From NCBI GenBank assembly GCA_049599895.1, contig JBMYPC010000023.1, forward strand, positions 1 through 29,645: 29,645 nt of DNA, in the 5' to 3' direction. Every line of letters begins with the position of its first letter. The stretch's first letter is position 1. Under the pieces are notes generated by a model. It made no database searches. It saw nothing but the letters and a program-made list of their open reading frames with translations, and was not told the DNA's origin. Below are positions 9,746 through 17,643 of the stretch, in pieces. A program made the translations under genes and the position numbers. Source of the DNA: Bacteriovoracaceae bacterium (lineage in GTDB: Bacteria > Bdellovibrionota > Bacteriovoracia > Bacteriovoracales > Bacteriovoracaceae).

Positions 9746-11245
9746 TTACTTTTTGAAATACTTTGATTTCATAATATTACTAATCGTCTTCTTAACGTTT
9801 TGATGTTCTTTGAGCTTTAACCCTTCACTGATAACGAATCTTCTAAGCTCAAGATAATCTTTTGCATAAGACCCTCGACTCTGTGGAGGAATTTCATTTA
9901 ATGAAACCTCAAGCCCTGTAAAATAATTAAGATACTTATTCACAGAACAAGCATAGAAATCGTTATTCCCAGATAAGGCCTCACCTAATTCTTCAAGATT
10001 GTTGAGATCAATCTTAATTAAGTTTCCATCATAATCTCTATAAGTCAGTCTTCCTTCAGTTGGTCTATACATGTAATTAGAGTCTGGATCGGCCATAAAG
10101 CCATCAGGATGGGCTGACTTAGTGGTGCTCATCTTTCGAGAAAAAGCGATTCTTGTGAGGGCCTCTCCTCTATTAGAGTTTCCAGCACAAGTATTTCTGA
10201 CCGAACGATAATGGCGAATATTTCGAATCACACCAGCAAGTGGATCAAGAGAGCTATGGCACCTTTGGCATGAGATATCCTCTCGAAAAGCAGGAGTTTT
10301 ATCTGTTACATCTTCTTGAACTGTTACATCTTCAAATCTTAACGGTTCACCTGTTTTACAGAGAAAAGTATCAAGAACCGTTTTTGACCAACCTCTTTGA
10401 ACAGAAGAAGCTCCATTAACAGCAGCGTTGTCTCCATAATTATTTGTTGCCATCAAAAAGCTCACCGTTCCTAAGACACCTGCGCCAAATGATTTTGTTA
10501 AATCGATTCCATCAGTCGGTAAATAAGTTTGGTAGATTGAAGTTGAAGCAGGATCTCTTGAAATTTGTCTTGCAACCATGGGTTTGATTCCAAGAAATTC
10601 CCCAATCGCGATTGGTTCAATATCGGATGCTGGTATTGATTTATAGGCATCGGGATAAGCATCTGTATCAACACCCGAGTTTCTCTCAGCAACAATGATT
10701 TCAAGATTATCTCGATTCAATCGAGCACTGCCATAACGAGAGATGGCAACCTCATTTTGAATTGCACTCTCCCTAACCGCATCATAGCTTGAGTCAGCTG
10801 TTACAACTGTTTTGTGCTCAACTGATTCATCTAAAAGCGCTTTTGTGAAAAATAGCGCCCCTTCTCCAATGTCGATAAACTCTTCTGTGGCCTTACCACA
10901 ATTATGAAGACTTCTAATAATCGATTCAGGAAACCAAGTTCGATGAAGATTATTAAATGTTTTTAGCACTTTTTTACTAAGCGGAGTTAGAGATGTTCCA
11001 TTTTCAGTAACAAAGCCTGATCCATTATCAAAGCTAATAGACTTCAAGATATTCGAACAAGCTTGTTCTGCCGTTAGCTCACGACTTTTGATTTTTGAAA
11101 TAATGGTTCGATTGGTGGGATAGGTATTGGTGATAAGGTAATGACAACGCTTGTACGCTTCGAGTTCTTTCACCACGATAACGGCCTGAACCTTCAAGCT
11201 TAAAAAGGGCGAAATCAATAACAACGTCCAAACTAGAGTCTTCAC
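9746..11245 (-). CDS. secreted heme-c protein, DUF1588/DUF1585-like (PSCyt-associated)
   Basis: Signal peptide VQA|V; AGVLGT, FLC, CQRCHSSLDPLAG; C-terminal ELGEAL...FYAC...IMKSKYF. Confidence 0.7.
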   Translation of the reverse strand: MKTLVWTLLLISPFLSLKVQAVIVVKELEAYKRCHYLITNTYPTNRTIISKIKSRELTAEQACSNILKSISFDNGSGFVTENGTSLTPLSKKVLKTFNNLHRTWFPESIIRSLHNCGKATEEFIDIGEGALFFTKALLDESVEHKTVVTADSSYDAVRESAIQNEVAISRYGSARLNRDNLEIIVAERNSGVDTDAYPDAYKSIPASDIEPIAIGEFLGIKPMVARQISRDPASTSIYQTYLPTDGIDLTKSFGAGVLGTVSFLMATNNYGDNAAVNGASSVQRGWSKTVLDTFLCKTGEPLRFEDVTVQEDVTDKTPAFREDISCQRCHSSLDPLAGVIRNIRHYRSVRNTCAGNSNRGEALTRIAFSRKMSTTKSAHPDGFMADPDSNYMYRPTEGRLTYRDYDGNLIKIDLNNLEELGEALSGNNDFYACSVNKYLNYFTGLEVSLNEIPPQSRGSYAKDYLELRRFVISEGLKLKEHQNVKKTISNIMKSKYFKK

Positions 11246-11296
11246 AGCTGTTCCAAAACACCTTTAAAAAAGTATTAACTTCTTCTAGTTTAAACT

Positions 11297-11323
11297 GTTA
11301 CGGAAATATTAATGAAAACCTTG
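11297..11323 (-). promoter_or_regulatory. possible sigma28 (FliA)-type promoter for the 11245-6446 operon
   Basis: Minus strand CAAG-N15-TCCGTAAC versus consensus TAAA-N15-GCCGATAA. Confidence 0.35.
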
Positions 11324-11403
11324 GGAAATAAGTCTAAACAACTGAAATGAGGCAAAAAATGGCCATCTGTCTTCTTAATTTACGCCAATATTTAAAGGCA
11401 CAC

Positions 11404-11434
11404 AAAAAAGCCCCTTTCTAGAGAAAGGGGCTTT
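11404..11434 (-). terminator. rho-independent terminator of the collagen-like gene
   Basis: GCCCCTTTC/GAAAGGGGC stem with T6 tail on the minus strand. Confidence 0.9.
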
Positions 11435-11461
11435 ATAAACTATCGATATTTTTTGATATCT

Positions 11462-12841
11462 CTAATCAACGTCGTAGCTTTTTCCTACATTATATATGAT
11501 CTTAAAAGTCTTCTTTTTCACTTGAGAGCCAAGTGAATGAGTTGCCACGAGCTCGATTTTCATATTCATCTTGCTCTTTTTATACTTCTCATGAAAATCA
11601 AGTGCTCCGATATTGATAGTATATTGACCACCGTTTTTAGTCAGAACATTGGCCGGAACATTCCCTTCAAATCGAGTTTTATAAGAATTCATTCCTCTTC
11701 CTGGACGTCGGTGACCACCTCTTCTTCTAGAGTCCTTTGTTCTCACCTTAATCCAAAGACTTGTTTTAATCGGCGCTGGTAACGCATTAACATCTTCAAC
11801 GTTAACTGTAATTCCTGAATCAGTTCCACTTACATTGTTAACTTTAAATTGAGCAATCTCTGAAGAGTTGTAAATCGTATCAACTTTAAGAGTTGGAACC
11901 GCTGCATAAGCATCAAAGTTATAAATCGCCCACACTCCATCCAGTGAACCAGTGAGATTTTCACCTTTCAAAGAAAACTTCGCAGTCGCATTTGAAAAAT
12001 CACTTACAGGTCTCGTGACATTCCAAACAAGTTTAACTGATTTTTCAATTGTCTTATCATACTCAGAGTAAGTGTCATTGATAACAGAACCTGGAGCAAG
12101 TAACGATCTTGCACCTGATCTCTTGTTCCATAGATGGTCTCTTAGCTCAGCTCCGTTTGCTGCAAATTGTGGAATTGGCATTGAAACATAAGTCTTTTCT
12201 TTTGGAAGATGAGTCGCTTTTTTAATAATTGTTAAAGAACCAGTAGCCCCATTGTAGCCATCACTTCCGCGACTCCCACGTCTTCCACGGTCTCCATCAC
12301 GACAGTAAAATGTTCTTCGTTTCCACTCAATACACTTACCTTCTTCATTTTTCTTTCGGCATTCTTTTTTCGTCCACTGGTAACGACGACATCGACAGCC
12401 ATCTCCACCATAACCAAAGTATGACGAACCTTGTCCTCCATATCCACCAGAAGCGTTGACGTAAACGTTTCTTAAATCAGCAAGGTTTGAGTAGTAAGCC
12501 GTAAGACTTCCACCATAGCCACCGTTTCCACCGTCGCCACCATCTCCACCGTCACCACCATCGGCGCCGTAGATATTATAATCGGGTCTTCCGTGTCCAC
12601 ATGACCAAGCATCTTCTCCATCACTTCCAGAACGACCGTCTTCACCGTCTCCACCTGAAAGATCAAAATTAAAAGAGCTACCATCAGCGAATACAGTTGT
12701 ACTCGAACCACTGGTTCCAGAGTAACCATCTGAACCATCGCGACCATCCCGTCCGTCAAAACCGAATCCGAAAACCTCACCAGCGATGAGAAGTGCGGGT
12801 ATGATCCATAAAAATCTCAATTTTTGCGTTAGCAGCTTCAT
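11462..12841 (-). CDS. secreted collagen-like (Gly-X-Y) protein
   Basis: Signal peptide; interrupted GRDGRDGSDG / GGDGGDGG / GRRGSRGSDG repeats; Cys cluster; beta-rich C-terminus; SD GAGGAG. Confidence 0.85.
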   Translation of the reverse strand: MKLLTQKLRFLWIIPALLIAGEVFGFGFDGRDGRDGSDGYSGTSGSSTTVFADGSSFNFDLSGGDGEDGRSGSDGEDAWSCGHGRPDYNIYGADGGDGGDGGDGGNGGYGGSLTAYYSNLADLRNVYVNASGGYGGQGSSYFGYGGDGCRCRRYQWTKKECRKKNEEGKCIEWKRRTFYCRDGDRGRRGSRGSDGYNGATGSLTIIKKATHLPKEKTYVSMPIPQFAANGAELRDHLWNKRSGARSLLAPGSVINDTYSEYDKTIEKSVKLVWNVTRPVSDFSNATAKFSLKGENLTGSLDGVWAIYNFDAYAAVPTLKVDTIYNSSEIAQFKVNNVSGTDSGITVNVEDVNALPAPIKTSLWIKVRTKDSRRRGGHRRPGRGMNSYKTRFEGNVPANVLTKNGGQYTINIGALDFHEKYKKSKMNMKIELVATHSLGSQVKKKTFKIIYNVGKSYDVD

Positions 12842-12998
12842 AGAAATCTCCTCTGTCGTTTTCTTTAAAAGTTTGCTTAGTTCAACGCTAGCGAATTAAA
12901 AACCAAACGGCAAAAACTGAGGGTTTAAATAAAATTGAGACATAGTCCCTAAATGACTGAATTTTCTGACGAAATGTAAGATGAAGTCCATTCTTACT

Positions 12999-13367
12999 TT
13001 AGCTTTTGGCCCACAGTGACAAAATGTTTCCGCTTGGATCTTTGTATTCAGCATAAAATCCATAGCCACCACCAATCTCTGTCTTTTCCTGGATAATCTC
13101 ACCACCTGCTTTTTGAATCTTATCTAGTGCTTTTGGGATATCTTCTGTTCCTAAGAAAACTGAAAGACTCCCTCTATCAAGAGACTTAAGATTTGGATTG
13201 AAACCTCCACCTGTTAATCCATAGTCCCCCTCAAGAGTTTCAAACATGGCATAAGGCGAACCATCTAAGTCGCTCTCTTTCACTTTCCAACCAAAGACCT
13301 CTTGGTAAAAGTTTTTTGTCTGTTCAAAGTGTGGTGCAGGGATTTCGATATAAACAATAGAACTCAT
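12999..13367 (-). CDS. VOC / glyoxalase-bleomycin resistance family protein
   Basis: YIEIPA, FYQEVFGW, AGGEII, DPSGNILSLW; start moved to MSSIV after SD AGAGG. Confidence 0.92.
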   Translation of the reverse strand: MSSIVYIEIPAPHFEQTKNFYQEVFGWKVKESDLDGSPYAMFETLEGDYGLTGGGFNPNLKSLDRGSLSVFLGTEDIPKALDKIQKAGGEIIQEKTEIGGGYGFYAEYKDPSGNILSLWAKS

Positions 13368-13494
13368 ACTTGCCTCTCTTGAAATGTTATTAAGTTGAAA
13401 AGAGACTCTCAGAAAAGAAAGGCCTTGAGTAGCGCCAAAATGCAATCAGAGCGAATTTCTGTTCAAATTTCATGTAAACAGCTTTGAATTCAAA

Positions 13495-14547
13495 CTAGAT
13501 TTTAAGATTAAAGTTCTTAAGATAAAAATCTCTTGCAAACTCTTTTTCTTCTTCAGATGCCGAGATCGCAAAGTCCTCAGGAGAAAAAATCGCAAGTTGC
13601 AAAAGAATTACGAAATACTCATCAGCAGAATCCATTGAATGCATGTCTCCGATATAATCTTTCGCTCTTTTGAAGTGCTCACAATAAGAATCTCCATTGT
13701 AAGTCACAATCCTTTGGTAATATCTTTTGCAAGATCGCTTACTAGCAAAGAAAAGCTCACGTCTTTTTGAAAACTTTCCAAATCGAGTAGGCCACTTCAC
13801 TTCGCTCATAATTTTCTCAGTCACTTCAATATCAGTTTGAAACCCTGGACAGGCAGTCATGTTCATCATCAAGTGCCGACTGGCGAGGAGATAATCAGAA
13901 CAGATTTCTCTTGATCTCTCATGTTTATCTTTATAGCCCCCTTCTAAATGAAGAAAACGATGAACTTCTTCAGGGTTTCTTGAATGCCAGATATGGAGGA
14001 CTTCATGAAAAAGAGACTCTGTCGAAGAATTGATGGTATGATTGGTATCTTTATTAACATAGAGAGATTCACGGAACTTATCTAAAGATGTAAAAACAAT
14101 TCCCGTGGACCAATCGGCAAAGGTCCCATTTGGAGACTCATAGGGATAGTCCTCTAACCACTTGCCGTATTCTGTTGAAAAAGCATAGTCCTCTCTTTCC
14201 TTAAAGTCTTTTTGCATCTTAAGAACGTATTCTTTTTCGGCTGCAGTCGGACTTTCTGGTAAGTAATCGAGTATTGGTGGCGACTTAAAGAATGGTGCGA
14301 GCAAAGGGGAATTGTATTGAGCGACTAATTGAAATTGCTTACCATCACTTTTTGAAGAGACATTAACGGCAATTCCATTAAACATTTGATCCGTGAAGCT
14401 AACTCCATACTGATCTTTTAATAAAGAGAGGTGCTTCTCTATAAAGGAGTGAGTTTCTTTTGAAGCATAATCTATTTTTTGTCCTTTTATCTCAAAAACT
14501 CTTTCAAAGGCCATGGTCTCAGTAAAAACTGAACAAAAAATAGTCAA
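13495..14547 (-). CDS. putative secreted zincin-like metallopeptidase
   Basis: FHEVLH (HExxH) and downstream DEYF (candidate third ligand); hydrophobic N-terminus; start uncertain. Confidence 0.6.
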   Translation of the reverse strand: MTIFCSVFTETMAFERVFEIKGQKIDYASKETHSFIEKHLSLLKDQYGVSFTDQMFNGIAVNVSSKSDGKQFQLVAQYNSPLLAPFFKSPPILDYLPESPTAAEKEYVLKMQKDFKEREDYAFSTEYGKWLEDYPYESPNGTFADWSTGIVFTSLDKFRESLYVNKDTNHTINSSTESLFHEVLHIWHSRNPEEVHRFLHLEGGYKDKHERSREICSDYLLASRHLMMNMTACPGFQTDIEVTEKIMSEVKWPTRFGKFSKRRELFFASKRSCKRYYQRIVTYNGDSYCEHFKRAKDYIGDMHSMDSADEYFVILLQLAIFSPEDFAISASEEEKEFARDFYLKNFNLKI

Positions 14548-14810
14548 AACAATAGCGATTTCTTTAAACCCTAAGACTTGGAACTCCTTCAGTGTTTAAT
14601 CAAGGACGATTATTAAGTGACCTTAGACCGTGAAAGCGTAATAATTAAGTGAAATGTAAGAGATTCAGCAAAAAATCAGGCTCTTTTCAAAACTCAAAAA
14701 CTGCCTAATTTTTTTACAGGGTTCAAAACTTTTCATAAATCCTAAACATTTATTCTTTTCAACCCTTTTCTAAACATCTGAAATCCCTTGTTTTACCCAC
14801 TTATTAAGTT

Positions 14811-14826
14811 TGGCACACCCCTTGCT
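14811..14826 (+). promoter_or_regulatory. sigma54 promoter for lipoprotein 14879-15499
   Basis: TGGCAC-ACCCC-TTGCT is a perfect consensus match; IHF-like site at 14771-14783 and TGC-N11-ACA dyad at 14702-14718 upstream. Confidence 0.85.
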
Positions 14827-14878
14827 TACTTAAGCAGTACAAAATTAATTTTTTCTATTTTTTATTGAGGGATGAGAA

Positions 14879-15499
14879 ATGAATGCAAAAAAACTACATG
14901 TACTACTTTTATTAATTGGGCTTGCCCTATTCCAAAGTTGCGGTTCTGACAGCAACAGTGCCGGAGACGACGATGTTGTCAACACAAACAGTTCGCGCAA
15001 CTGGCGAGTTGGTGGAAACAACGTTGATGCCGCAGAAACTTACGGAGAATTCGTTAGTCGAGTAAGAAGCGGTGACTTCGCAAGTATTGGCGGACTAAGT
15101 TATGTTAAGTATCTTTTCTGTGAGTATGACGTTGAAACTGGATTTGTCTTTAGATTTGAATGGTCGAATGGTGACTTCGAGGCTTGTCAAAGTTATGGAT
15201 CATTTACAGCTGAAGATGACTTCTTTGTTGAAAGAACTTACGGTGGCCAAATCAATGGTAACAAACTTGGAAGTAACGAAAGCCAAATCTTAGCAGCTCT
15301 AACAACAATTGTTGAGAACGGATCACCAGTTGCTTCAACTTGGGCAGGAAGATCGGTCTATTACAACGGAAGGGTTTATTATATCGACCTTAACGTTCCA
15401 CTCTTTGCTAACCCTGTATCAGATTTTAAAGGAGATGCATGGGGAATCATCGATGACGGGAAAGGTTATCAGATGAGTGGCCTAATCCAAGCTCAATAA
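14879..15499 (+). CDS. hypothetical lipoprotein
   Basis: Signal with lipobox FQS|C, Ser/Asp tether, SD GAGG. Confidence 0.85.
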   Translation: MNAKKLHVLLLLIGLALFQSCGSDSNSAGDDDVVNTNSSRNWRVGGNNVDAAETYGEFVSRVRSGDFASIGGLSYVKYLFCEYDVETGFVFRFEWSNGDFEACQSYGSFTAEDDFFVERTYGGQINGNKLGSNESQILAALTTIVENGSPVASTWAGRSVYYNGRVYYIDLNVPLFANPVSDFKGDAWGIIDDGKGYQMSGLIQAQ

Positions 15500-15507
15500 A
15501 AAATTAA

Positions 15508-16233
15508 TTATATGTCAGAGAGGGAGCTTCTAAGCTCCCTTTTTGTTTTTTCAAAAACCCAGTCAATTTCGACTTTTTTTCCAATCTGCTTTTCAAGACT
15601 TGTATAAATATCACCACTAATCCCACAAGGTCTTGCCGAATTCAATGCCTCAAAAATTTCATGGTCTTCAATATTAAAAGCAATCCCATGCAAGGTAATA
15701 AACTTCTTAACTTCAATGCCAAGAGAGGCCACTTTTTGTCCTTCGTTCCAAAGGCCTAGAAGCTCAGCACACTTTCTTTCATAATTAAGAGTAAATTCAG
15801 ATCTTACAAAGTTTTGAATAGAGCGAAACAGAAGATCGACCAATCCCTTCAAACTAAGCTTCGTCCCAATTCGAACGATAGGATAAATCACAACTTGCCC
15901 AGGATGATGGAAAGTCACTCCTCCTGCACGATTTATCTTATAAAGCGGATAAGGAAGGTTTTCTCGGTTTCCTTCAATAAGACTTTCAATTGGTTTCCCA
16001 GATTTTTTCTGAAGTCCTCTGCCATCGGTAAAGCAAGGAGGATGATTGCAAAAAATAAAAATGCGAAGTTCAGGATGCTCATAAACAAATTGATTGAGAG
16101 AGTTTTGAGTTTCAAGACAATCTTGGTAATCCCAGTTTTTTTTCGTTATAAAAACAAGATTGTCTTCATAAAACTCGATAGAATCTTTAAGACCTGAAAA
16201 CTCGTGTAATAGTTTTTCTTTTAGTTCAGCCAA
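15508..16233 (-). CDS. lipB: octanoyltransferase LipB
   Basis: RAGGVTFHHPGQ, KVASLG, TLHGIAFN, PCG; adjacent to lipA. Confidence 0.93.
   Translation of the reverse strand: MAELKEKLLHEFSGLKDSIEFYEDNLVFITKKNWDYQDCLETQNSLNQFVYEHPELRIFIFCNHPPCFTDGRGLQKKSGKPIESLIEGNRENLPYPLYKINRAGGVTFHHPGQVVIYPIVRIGTKLSLKGLVDLLFRSIQNFVRSEFTLNYERKCAELLGLWNEGQKVASLGIEVKKFITLHGIAFNIEDHEIFEALNSARPCGISGDIYTSLEKQIGKKVEIDWVFEKTKRELRSSLSDI
15521..15550 (+). terminator. rho-independent terminator embedded antisense in the lipB 3' end
   Basis: AGGGAGCT-TCTA-AGCTCCCT followed by TTTTGTTTTT, 21 bp after the lipoprotein stop. Confidence 0.75.
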
Positions 16234-16236
16234 AGA

Positions 16237-17130
16237 TTACGACCTCTTTAAGCCTTCAAGGTAATCAAGAAACTCCGCCGCTTTATAAGAACTTCGAACC
16301 ATAGGCCCAGAGGCTACAAACTCAAATCCAATCTCATAGGCCATCTCTTTAATCTTCTCAAAGTCTTCAAGAGTATAGAACCTCTCAACTCCAAGATGAT
16401 TCCGAGAAGGCTGAAGATATTGACCAGCGGTAAAGATCCTGACTCCCACCTCTTTGAGATCAACAAGAGTTTCTCGGATCTCATCCATCGTCTCCCCAAG
16501 ACCTACCATAATAGAAGTTTTAGTTGGGATATGAGGATAATGATCGCGATAAAACTTTAACGCCTTAAGAGTTTTTTCATAACCCGCTCTTCGGTCTCGA
16601 ACCGGATGAGTTAGTCTTTTAACAGTTTCAATATTTTGCGCGATTACAAAAGGATTACTTTTGGCCATGGTGTGCATAGCCTCTTCTTCGGCATTAAAAT
16701 CGGGAATAAGAACTTCGACTTTCGCTTCGGGAAACTTTTGATTAATCGCCGTTACCACATTACCAAAATGTGAAGCCCCAAAATCAGGTAGGTCATCTCG
16801 ATCAACACTTGTAATGACTACATAGCGAAGATTCATCATGGAAACAAGCTTCACTGAGTTTTCAATTTCATCATGATTAAGAAAGCCTTTAGGATTACCC
16901 GTTTTCACATGGCAGAACTTACAAGCTCTCGTGCAGGTATCCCCAAGAATCATAAGAGTCGCTGTACGCTGCTCCCAACACTCTGAGAGATTGGGACACT
17001 TGGCCTCTTCACAAACCGTGAAAAGCCCCTCAGCTCTTAGCTGTTTTTTGATTTCTTTGTAGTTATCCCCAACAGGTATTCCTGATTTCAACCACTTAGG
17101 TTTTCGAATGGAAACTTCTCGATTAAGCAT
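16237..17130 (-). CDS. lipA: lipoyl synthase LipA
   Basis: CEEAKCPNLSEC, CTRACKFC radical-SAM motif, RSSY. Confidence 0.98.
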   Translation of the reverse strand: MLNREVSIRKPKWLKSGIPVGDNYKEIKKQLRAEGLFTVCEEAKCPNLSECWEQRTATLMILGDTCTRACKFCHVKTGNPKGFLNHDEIENSVKLVSMMNLRYVVITSVDRDDLPDFGASHFGNVVTAINQKFPEAKVEVLIPDFNAEEEAMHTMAKSNPFVIAQNIETVKRLTHPVRDRRAGYEKTLKALKFYRDHYPHIPTKTSIMVGLGETMDEIRETLVDLKEVGVRIFTAGQYLQPSRNHLGVERFYTLEDFEKIKEMAYEIGFEFVASGPMVRSSYKAAEFLDYLEGLKRS

Positions 17131-17189
17131 AACTCTTTATATTCAACCCATCGATTATGGTCAACTTAGAGGTAAAAAATCTAAAAAAT

Positions 17190-17517
17190 TTAGAAGCTTA
17201 TTCCCTCTTGAACTTTGAAAAAAGCAAACCGAGGTGCCCAGCGCGGGCCACATCAAGAGCCGTGTCGACATCATCATGGTACTTTTCTGCAGACTGCTTT
17301 TTAGGGAAGCCAAAGATCAACAACTGAAAGAGTTCCAAGCACAGAAAAATCTGTCTTTTTTTTTCATTTGCTGACTTTGATTGAGAGTATCAGATGTTTT
17401 CTCAGCGATTTCTTTGGTTTTTTCAAAGACTTTTTCTGCAGCTTTTTTGACGCTTCCAAGTGCGCTTGCAAAACAGTCACTGTGGATGAGAAAAATGAAA
17501 ACAAGTAGTATTCTCAT
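17190..17517 (-). pseudogene. remnant of an outer-membrane beta-barrel protein gene (frameshifts plus internal deletion)
   Basis: Signal peptide MRILLV...CFA; shifting frames recovers TDFSVLGTLSVVDLWLP and DDVDTALDVAR-WAPRFAFFKVQEGISF*, ending in a Phe beta-signal. Confidence 0.65.
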
Positions 17518-17578
17518 AATGGGCCCTTTCAAATAAGTTATGAAAGAAAAACGACAGCCTTTATCTTAAAAGATCTAT

Positions 17579-17602
17579 GAAAAAAGGAGCGCTTTGCTCC
17601 TT
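17579..17602 (-). terminator. terminator after polA
   Basis: Minus strand AAGGAGC-AAAGC-GCTCC followed by a T run. Confidence 0.65.
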
Positions 17603-17643
17603 ATGAAGCACAAAAGGATCAGTAAGCTTACAAATAATCGTTT

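Noticed and set aside
12510..12760. CCACCGTC/CCATC short tandem repeats
   Set aside because: Codon consequence of Gly-X-Y repeats; not a CRISPR array or independent repeat
12896..13105. 69-aa ORF overlapping the VOC gene end
   Set aside because: Alternate frame running into promoter DNA; no SD or recognisable motif
17224..17234. GCAAACCGAGG 11-mer matching the groEL downstream repeat
   Set aside because: No flanking similarity, and it lies in pseudogene coding sequence; likely chance
17220..17300. GC-rich stretch that looked like an ncRNA or riboswitch upstream of lipA
   Set aside because: Better explained as the C-terminal coding remnant of the pseudogene; no recognisable RNA family motif
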